Positions 48,078 to 58,100 of a DNA stretch of 64,000 nt are shown piece by piece; the first letter of the stretch is position 1; every line of letters begins with the position of its first letter. Origin of the DNA: Amoebophrya sp. A120 (Eukaryota > Protista > Dinoflagellata); the NCBI GenBank assembly GCA_905178155.1, contig CAJINV010000005.1, positions 4,257,556 to 4,321,555 of the forward strand, given 5' to 3'. A model generated the notes under the pieces. The model had not been told where the DNA came from and did no database searches. It saw only the letters and a program-made list of their open reading frames with translations. The translations under genes and the position numbers were made by a program.

Positions 48078-49229
48078 TGATTCTCACGCTTCAGCTTGCA
48101 GCACCTGCTGGAAATGGCCACGACGGTTGGTGCCCCTCAGTCACCAGAGTACTAATGCGCCCGGTCGCTGCTCCGGTTGCGCGCGGGGGCATGCAGCGAC
48201 ACTCATTCTTGCTGGTATCAACAAGCAGCCAAGCCGTGATTGAGATTGATCATGGAAGAAGAAACAAAAAAGTAGTAAAATAATGTGAATTTATTGAAAT
48301 TGCGTCGAGAGTTGTCGAAGTCAACGTATTTAGATACAACAAATCTTTAGTTTTTGAAAAATTTCCGAAAGGGAGAAACGACCTTACGATGATTTTTCAG
48401 TAGACGAGTCGCGTTCTTTGGACCGAGTTAGTCCTTCTTGCATCGTCCGCAAATTCATACACTTTCTACGGCCGCTGACACAAATGAAGTAGCACGTCCG
48501 CATAGAAGATCGAGATGATCTAAGTAAGCACTTTGATCTAAGTAAGCACAAGCACTTTCCGTACTTTTTCCGTACTTTGCTTCAATAGGTCTACAGGATC
48601 ATTTTCATCATAAAACCGAGGACAAATTATACCTAGACCCAGGATCTAAGTTATTCGAACAGTCGACTACCTGGTGTTTCCCGAAGCGCCCAAACTTGTC
48701 GGGAAAGCAAAACTCACGCTCGCTGGTCCTCGAGGTGGTGCGATTACTTCTTGCGGGCAGGGCGGCCCCTGGGGCTTTTTTGGAAAATGGAAAGGTCGCG
48801 TTCGCGTTTCCATGTTGAGGAAAGCGAAGATTTTGATTTGATCTTGTCGCTGATACAAATTATTTTTCCGCCCACAACCTACTTTCAGAACGGCAGAGAG
48901 AACTCGGTGTGGTGGTAAGTACTGCGGTCCGCCACTGCTCAGAATCTACGCCTCGAAGCGAGGCTGCTCCTTCTTCCGCCGAACTTCCGCTGGAAGAGAG
49001 CAGGCGCGCGGAATAAATCGGTGCCGCCACCGCCACTATTGGGTAAGTAACTCCGCTCCCCCCCTGCCTTTTTGCGCTTCGTCCAATCCGAGACGGCTCC
49101 ACTTTGCGCTTCTCTTCACGTGTGATATCATCTTGAGCGGCTCTCAGTGGCACACACAGATCCATGCGAGCGCATTCTGTCGGCGCCAGCGTAGCAAAGA
49201 ACAGCCCAGGACGAGAGCCCGAAATTCCT

Positions 49230-52200
49230 ACCTCACGTTGATGTCCGCTTTTTGGCCCCCACCTCCTTTGGCACCCGAAAAACTAGGAAGCATAAACCAG
49301 ATCAGGAAAACCTGAAAGGTAGTCATGTAATACTTTTCGAAAGTCTTCAATTCTGATAGATACTAGGCTAGGAAGTGCAAGACATGAACGGAACTCACGA
49401 CAGACTGGGCTGGATGGCATTTATTTGATTTCTACGAATGACACATAATTCCAAAAGTATTCAAACCTCAAAAAACAGTACCTGTAGCACGGATAGGACA
49501 AGGATGACTTGCTTGTGCAACACACCAGTGTTGCTCGCGATGCCCATTTGCCGTGCGTGATCGGAAGCGAAAGGTTGGTAGTGCGATAAAAACCTCCACT
49601 CTGCAAACACTGCTGCAGCGGCGAAGTATGCGAAAAAGAGCATGAAGAGGACGTAGGGCAGGAACATCGCTGATGTGGTTGACAAATAAAATTGCGAAAA
49701 AAAAAATGCCAGTGCTTTCTCAGGAACAAATTTCTTTGTGATTTTCCGGCGAAAGTGAGAACAAAAGAGCCAGCTTGGTAGCAACTAGCTCGCTCTCGTT
49801 TCGTCTTTCACATTTTCAAATTCCAAGTCTGAAAGAGGACCACAACAGCGGAAATACAAACACAAGTACAGGAGCTGAAAAACCAAAAAAAGTAAAATTA
49901 TTCAAACACCAATACCTAGGAGACTGAGCACGGACAGGGTGACGTACTTGTAGCCATTAAAGGCAACGAGGTCGATGAGAGACACGCTACTGTTGATCGT
50001 GAGAAAGACCAGCCGCCCGATGCCATTCTCGAGCGTGGCCACCACCACGCACCATTTTATTGTGGTGGTAAAAACGTTATCAAGTGCAAATATGTCTGGG
50101 TCTGGAAGGATGCGAACTTGTGATGCTAAAACAACCGCACCGACATGCGAACTTGTGATGCGCATTTCACATGACTCAAAAATCAGTCATGCATGGAAGC
50201 CAAAAGCTGCACATTTCTGGCCACCGAAAGAAGGGCCTTGTCATGCGGATTACGCATTAAGAAACCTTCTAAAAACCTGTGATGCTGGGGCGTGCATGGT
50301 AGCCCTTCTGGGTCATGCCAAAGCTGCATCACAAACCTCTGCATCCTTCTAGACCCAGACATTTTTACACTTGGTAAACGTCCGGATGGAACTGGTCCGT
50401 CAGGGCCATGTGCTATTGCAAGGAAAGACCCCCCCTCCCCATATCAAAACGAAACTTCTGATGCTGGATTTGTCTACACAAGTCAGCTTTGTATTGCAGG
50501 AAGGCATTGCGGCCAGATCCCCAGGCTAGGTAGGGGCGTATGGGTCTTTCTAGTTGTTCGGCATGGCAAGCGGCTCCTCTTTAAGCCCAACAGCATGACA
50601 AATCGCCCCCATAAAGGGGCGGAAGCTTCTGCCCTTGTCTTCTTGCAAGACGCATGTGATTTGTGACCTCAAATCAGCAACACAAATTTTCGGAAACATA
50701 GCTTTTGAATATGGGGAGGGGGGATTTTTCATTTTGATATGTGCAGCGTGATAAGCACCAAGTACGTAAGCGCACCCATCGATGGAACGTACCTACGGTG
50801 GAAAATGGTGTTGCATTTAATATAGCCGTGTTTAGTTACTTACTTTTCAGTGGCAGCGGTACCGCCGAGGAGCACACCGGCCCGCATGTTGAACATCATA
50901 GTCGTGACAACTGCCTCCCACAAATGAGAATAAAACTAGTTATACAGAAGTCATCAAAACAGCAGTACAATTCGGGGTCGTCTACGTTGCTCTTCAAAAC
51001 GACGATCTGTTGTCCCTCGCCGTCCGGCTTATCATGGTTTGGCCTCAACCCCAAGTGGCTGTCGTCTGGCTGCGTATCCACCTTTCCCTTCTTGAAGGGA
51101 AATACCAAAATCCCCAACTTGCGTAACACGTATTCTGTGTAAAAACGTCCCCACCCCAGAGCTGTCATGCAAATGTGCAATGACAGGAGCATTTGTAATG
51201 CGCAGCTCCATAAGAGGGATTTCCAATCTTCCTTTTTTGGAATTTGTAATGCTGTAGACAGGATGAGAGAACGGCTTTCTCATGCGGCTTCTCTTGCTGA
51301 CCAGTAGAACACTGCAGAGGGAAACTTGTCATGCGCAACGGCCAAAGCCTGGTGATTTGTCTAGCAGATTTCCCATCTTGACTCTGGTGTGGGGACGTTT
51401 CTGCTCACCATAACACGTACATGTGATTTACCGCAAAGTAGCTCCGAAAGTAATCGAAGGAGGGGAGATACCTGATGCAAAGCTTTTTCAACAACTGAAG
51501 CCACGACTTGGTGAAAAAGAAACACTTTATACAGGCCACTTTTCGGGCCAGAGACTGAGATGAAAAACTACACAGGTTTGGTGGCAAAAAATTTCCTCGG
51601 AAAGGACAGACTGACCTCTTCACATGCGATTGCCATTCTTTTCCTTGGACATCAACGAAGTATGGAATGCAAAAATGTCTGGTGTTTTGTCTGGAAGCAA
51701 GACCATGGTACAGCACAGGGAAGAGAACGACTTTAACATTTTGAAGAAAGAAAAGAGAAGAGAACTACGTGGATATAATACCCCTCAACCACTGTACCCC
51801 CTTTACGACCACTGCCTCTGCATGACCAGCAGGAGGAGTGGTCGTAGTCTGCCTCTGCATGACCACTGTAGTCTGTATTGCATGACCAGCAAGAGGAGTC
51901 CGGTTTGTGCTACGCGGGCAGGCCATTTGTCATGCGGAATAGGCATCGAGACGTCGTCAGAAAATCTGTGATGCTAGGGAATACATCACAGACGTCACGG
52001 GTCATGTAAAATCTGCATGACAACTTCCACTCTTTCCAGACCCAGACATTTTTGCATTTGATACGAAGTAAACGCGTACAAGTACCTCGTGAGCACGGTA
52101 GCGTTTTTCGCTACCTGGTCGACGCCCGCCGACATGGCCATGGAGGCCATTGGATTGTTGATGCCCATGGCTTGCATTGCCTCCGCGCTGACATTCTTCA

Positions 52201-53944
52201 TCTCTTGACTGGTGTCCGCGCTGAAGTACGCCGCATTATTGCTAGTACCCTGCTGCGCCGCTGGGTTGCCTACCGAAGCGGAGGACGACGCTTGCGAGAG
52301 TGGTGCGCCGCGCTGCCGCTGCTGGGACGCGGCTATCTGCGAGTCGAACTGGCCTGCTGCTCCTTGCGGGGGCGCCATGTTCGCGGGTCCTCCGGTGGCT
52401 TGCGCCACTTTCCCCGCCGGGGACGCCGTCGTTGCTGTACTTGGCGAGTTAAACCCGAAGGTTGGATTACTCGTGTTTGCGGTGGGTGTGGTGCCCGAGG
52501 GCGGGGTCGCAGGGGTCATAGACTGTGGGTTGCTGGTGGAAGAAAATGCGCCGCCGCTCTGGAAATTCGCCGCGCTTGGCCCGCCCGTGGCGGGCATCAC
52601 CGGCGGCTGGCCGCCCATCGCGGGGGCGCTGCCCATCCCGAACCAGGACCCTGTCTGGCCACGGGAGGACGGGTCCGGCACAGCCTGCGGGGCAGGTTCG
52701 AACATGTCGCTCATTACGGTCTGATTCTGCAGTATCAAATGTAAAAATGTCTGGGTCTGGAAGAATGCGCGATTTGTCATGCAGCTTTTCCATGACCCAT
52801 GAGGTCTGGAATGCAGGACCTAGCATGACAGATTCTGCGCGATCTCTCTCATGCCTATCCTGCATGAGAAACTCCTTCCCGACTTGGTCAAAACTGGACG
52901 ACGTTTGGTAATCATGCAACACAGATTTTCGCATGCTTCAGATTTAGCATGACAAGTTGCATTCTTCCAGACCCAGACATTTTTACATTTGGTATGCAGC
53001 TGTGCCGGAGATGGGATGATACTCGGCCCGCTATTCCCCGCTGGCGGGTATTGCAAGGAAAAATCCCCCCTCCCCATATCAAAACGGAACTTCTGATGCT
53101 GGATTGGTGTACACAAGTCAGCTTTGTATTGCAGAGAGGCACTGCGGCCAGATCCCCAGGCTACGTAGGGGCGTATGGGTCTAGTTGTTCAGCATGGCAA
53201 ACGGCTCCCCTTTAGGCCCAGCAGCGTGACAAATCGCTTCCATAATGGGGCGGAAGCCTCTGCCTTTGTCTTCTTGCAAGACAAATGTGATTTCTGACCT
53301 CAAATCAGCAACACAAATTTTCGGAAGCATACCTGTTAAATATGGGGAGGGGGGATTTTTCCTCGCAATAGCGGGGGGCCCATCATCCCGGGCGGCCCCA
53401 ACTGCGGCTGCCCCCAGGCTGGCGGTGCGGAGGTAGGTGGAAACCCACGGCCGGGACCTGTTCGTGTGGCATTGCTCTTTTTTTATGCAAATTATAATAT
53501 CAGTTCAAGTTCAGAGCACATGTGGAGTCGAGCTTCATCTGCTGCGCGTCCTTTTTTTCATACATTACAGCGCACTGCAGTGAATCAATACACACAACAG
53601 GCCGCAAAAATCTCACGTCGGAGAAAAAGTTCGCAGCTACTGCATACTCATACTCGATCCACCGCACGCGCACAAATACAAGCATGAATGTGAGAAGTTG
53701 GAGTGACAGTGTACTGCACTTCTACCACCTCCAGTTATTTCAGAACTTCTTCTCTCGTCCGTCGTACGAAAGACAAAAAAACCGCACCTGGCCCGCCAGC
53801 TCCCCCTGCATTCATTTGGCCTGTCGGCGGGGGCTTCTGGTCCGCGGCTGGGTTGCTCATCAGTTCCTGTTCAAACGCATCAAACGAGCTCCCGAAATTA
53901 TCCGCTCCACCGAACGGGTTTGCCATCCCGCGGTTCGACATCAT
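49230..53944 (-). CDS. YIF1: YIF1 family ER-Golgi membrane protein (3' end approximate)
   Basis: Spliced RSYFAVNHMYVLRKLGILVFPF, DDPELYVPSMGALTY, QFHPDVF, DLVAFNGYKYV. Confidence 0.88.
50078..50376. mobile_element. Family-A TIR introner, TSD AACGT
   Basis: Removal gives QFHPDVFTTTIKW. Confidence 0.92.
50414..50739. mobile_element. Family-B TIR introner, TSD TGTGC
   Basis: Removal gives LITLHMALTDQF. Confidence 0.92.
51131..51412. mobile_element. Family-C TIR introner, TSD ACACG
   Basis: Removal gives NHMYVLRKLGIL. Confidence 0.9.
51661..52063. mobile_element. Decayed family-A element nested in a predicted canonical intron, TSD CGAAG
   Basis: Left TIR disrupted and interior duplicated; lies inside the predicted GT-AG intron at about 51472-52085. 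Confidence 0.85.
52733..52994. mobile_element. Family-A TIR introner, TSD TGCAG
   Basis: Removal gives PSPAQLQNQTVM. Confidence 0.92.
53049..53370. mobile_element. Family-B TIR introner, TSD GCGGG
   Basis: Removal gives GMMGPPPAGNSG. Confidence 0.92.
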
Positions 53945-53956
53945 TTACCCCGCAGA

Positions 53957-54218
53957 TATCAAATGTAAAAATGTCTGGGTCTGGAAGGTTAGAACTTCTC
54001 ATGCTAAATCTGAACGATGCAAAAATCTGTGTTGCGTGAGTGCCAAAAGCTGTCCGCTTTTGACCAATTTGAGAGGGAGTTTCTCATGCAGGAAAGGCAT
54101 GATAGAGACCTTAAAAAATCTGTCATGCTGGGTCTCGCATTCTAGACCTCATGGGTCATGGAAAACCTGCATCACAAATCTTGCATTCTTCCAGACCCAG
54201 ACATTTTTACATTTGATA
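53957..54218. mobile_element. Family-A TIR element just upstream of the predicted YIF1 start, TSD GCAGA
   Basis: Intact TIRs; close to the reverse complement of 30061-30322. Confidence 0.92.
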
Positions 54219-55158
54219 GCAGAGTTGTACTTCCAGTCGTGCACCGCAAGATACTGTCTCGCCCCGCCACAATCCTGCAAGTAGCGAATATACAAGCACA
54301 AATTGTAAAAACAGAGCGCCACTTATTTCTTGTTTACAAGATATTATACTTCGGAATTCCTTCAAACTGCAGCCCAAGAACGTATGTGCTGTTCTGGTAG
54401 TACAAGGCCAGGAGTAGAACTTCACGTTCACATATTCCGTGTGCTTTCTTGATCTTCACGGCCGCGGACAAATCATAGATTAGTCACGAAGGACAGCTAC
54501 GAAGCTAAGAATGTTCCTACAGAAGGTGCATGCAGACCGAAAGTCTTAACGTACAAACGATAAACATATTCAGTGTGGGCTAGAAATACATAAATGCTAG
54601 TCTACCACGACCTTGCGAAAAACTTAATACATGGAGATGGACAGATAAAATGTGGTTGATAATTATTTTGCTTTCCTCTGCTACGCGGAATGTAGGCACT
54701 GTGCGGAAAAATCAATCAGTGCCGTGCGAACAAAAGTGACAGAACAAACCCTAGAAGTTGCTCTTGCTTTGCAACACTGAGTTGTTGATTTGCAATGAAT
54801 TGCGTCATGATTCGTTTTTGTATTTCAGTCCGTATGACTCCAGCGATCCCTTGCATGATAAGGATGATCAGTCACTAGGTGTGGTAGGTCAGTATTAACT
54901 TGTTTGCCCTTGCTTGTCTTTGTATAATTACGGGAACGGTCATGGCCAGATAATTTCGTGGAAACAGCCATCCACCACTGCCTGCTGCGAACGGAGATTT
55001 GGATCTGTTGTTGCCCTCTCGTTGCGCGTGGTCGCTCGAACGAATACGTCGCATACAGGCTGTCTACCAAACTGGGCTACATGGCCAGCACAGTGGCGAG
55101 GAGTTGTACCAGGGTCTGCGGAAGTACGTAGGTCTCCTCCTCGCTCGCTACCGTCCAC

Positions 55159-58100
55159 CTATACAAGCCGTTTTACGCTGCCGAAGTTCAGGTAGATTAC
55201 GATCGCCACGTAGTACAGCAGCGCGCAGCTGATGAACACACCTTCCCACCCCAAGCTTTCCTTGAAATAGGCCGCCCCTCAATCGAATGCAAAACGGTCT
55301 CCATCACTGCAAGAACTCGAGGGTGCACGACAACACTTCTGCGTCCCTGTGAGCCATGTGCACTGGCACGTCAACATGAGTTTGTATGCCAGGCAAGAAT
55401 TACGTTCAAGTTGAACTTTAAAAGAAGTGTCCACGACGAGCTCCATGATGTATCAAATCAATATCAACGACGTAGTTCTGGTGGGCGCGACAGCATCTCG
55501 CTGACCCGTGGCCGTGGCACCATGCAAAACAGTAGGTACCGATAAAAACAGTCTGCAATGAATTCTACTGCCTAAGGCTCGTTCTAATCATCTTGCTCTG
55601 CAGTTGGAGTGGCGGGAAACATTTTTTGCAGCATACGCTCGTACCCCGACTATTCCCGGAATAGCCCCGACCATATTTGTCGTGGCAAGCAGAGTGCCAA
55701 CATGCGATTCCCCAGCAAGATCGAGTGGCCCAGCTAGGACCGACGAATGGATAGCGGCACCTGTTGGGCATGTAGTCGTCAGACGAGTTTTGTTTTTTTG
55801 TGCCTATAACCGGCTCCTTCTTCTGCTTCAATTGCGTCCCTTCTAGTACCGCTTCGAATTCATTCGTATTATTTCGCTCTAATTGCACTTGCGCTGCACT
55901 TTTAATGTGCTACTAAAAAATCACCTTCACAAAAAAGTTGCTCCGAACAATGCCAGTCAAGTGCTCCCTCGGCCGTGGAACTGGAAGCACGCAAGCGCCG
56001 CTGAGAACATATTGCAAGAAGAAGAACTTCTACCGAAAAAAGCACTTTTTATACCGCAAACGAGTATGAGCGAGAACATGGCGGACTGCGTTCGATGATC
56101 GTGCACGAAAGGCATGAAGGTGAACAGGATGGCCGGGAAAAGAAGGGCGACGATGGCCAGCTCGCGCCGCACATGCCACAAGTCACGGCGCTTGGCGAGC
56201 TCCCGCTCGCAGTAGTAGGGGAAGATAGGTGCTGCGATGGCGCAGAGCAGGTAGGGAAAGGCCGACATCACCACGTTTTTCTTGCCGAAGAAAGTCGGGA
56301 GCCATGCCAACAGGATAAAGTTACACCAGTTATGGCAGAAGTGGCAGGCCATAATCGCGCAGAACGGCTTGCTCGATACTAGGAAGAACAGGACCTGTGC
56401 GGGTGTCGCATTTCGCGCATCAAACGTTCTAGCGTTCATTCCTCTGATACTATCGTCCGTATTTTTCACGAGAACTGGCAACTCACGCTCGTCGTCCACC
56501 CCGGCGTCGTCTATTATTTCTTCCGCATCGAGTTGTCCATCGGCAACGTGGACCTTGCTGCTTGTGGTTGCGTACGTCGTGGCAGTATTTTATCGAACGA
56601 AAACTGTTCCTCGCACCCCGCCCCAGAGGGCATTTTTTGTATGTGCGCGGCTAGAGCTGCCCACTCGCGCACGAAGACGATTGCTCATCTGATGCTGGTG
56701 CTGCTCTGCTCTCGTCTTTTACAAATCAGTAAATGCAAGAAAGCTGCAATCAATCTCCGTGTTGATGACACAGAATTTGGATCGAAAACGCAGCGAAGGC
56801 AAGTAAAAACGAACGGGGTCTGATGTATATTAAACATAAAGGCTGTAGTACTTCTTCTGCCGTGCACATATTACATCTGCACAGAAAAGTCGAAATGATC
56901 CTGGCACGCGGGGGCAGGCTTCGATGGGCCAAATTTCAATCCCTACCGCGGAACTCTTGCTCATGGAGGATGTGCTTGTTGGCGCAGCCCCGCCAGCGCT
57001 CGGCGGACCCACGAGGGCAGCCCCGCCATCGCTCCGTTTGGCACCGGCAACGACGCCCGCCTTAGTAGCGGTGTACAGGGACATGCCCGCAGTGGTCTCC
57101 TTGCTTTGCTTATGGAATGCAAATATGTCTGGGTCTGGAAGCTTGCAAAACTTGTCATGCAGGTTCCGGAATGACCCATGAGGTCTGGAATGCAGGTCCT
57201 AGCATGACAGATTCTCTAAGATCTCTATCATGCCTATCCTGCATGAGAAACTGAACTCCATCTCAACTTGGTCAAAAGTCGACGGCTTTTGGTAACTGCG
57301 CAACACAGATTTTTGCATGATTCAGATTTAGCATGGCAAGTTACCACGTTCCAGACCCAGACATATTTGCAATGCATATTGCTTGGGCGAGGTGGTCACG
57401 GCAGGAACAACGTAGTCTACGGTATTGTGCGTAAACATCCAACCTCCTCATACTCAAAACGAAAATCTGTGATGCTGATTTGTAGCCTTTCTCTTCTTGC
57501 AGGCTGTTTTTTTATTTTTCCACATCAGCCCATTTGCTTTTTCTTGCGTACGTGGCAAATGTTGAAAACCATCCGGCCTGTTCGTCTTCGTCCGCTAGTC
57601 TGTAATGCGCTTTTGCCTATGTCTGCCATGCGGATGAATTATCTCTACCCTTCTACGTACCAAAGAGAAAGAAACAAGTTCAAAAAAGCAATTTCTGCAA
57701 TACATTTCTTTGTGTACTACGCAAATCTAGCAGCAAGAGGAATGATCTCGCTTTTGAATAAAGGGGTCGTCGTGAGGGCTTTTTTCACTTTGGATACCCA
57801 GCAAATTGAATCCAATCGGCCTGTATCAACTGCAAAAATGTCTGGGTCTGGAAGGATCCGAACTTGTGATGCGTGTTGCGGATCATACAGCAATCTGTGC
57901 TGCATGACTTGCAAGAGGTCCCCATTTCTGGCCATTCTGAGAGGGCGTCTCTCATGCAGAATAGGCATCACCAAGGGGCTGCAGAACCTGTGATGCTAGG
58001 CCAGCCATTCCAGACGTGGGGGAGCTTCGAAAAACTGCATGACAAATCTCGGAATCTTCCAGACCCAGACACTTGCATTTGATAGCCTGCTGGTCAATGC

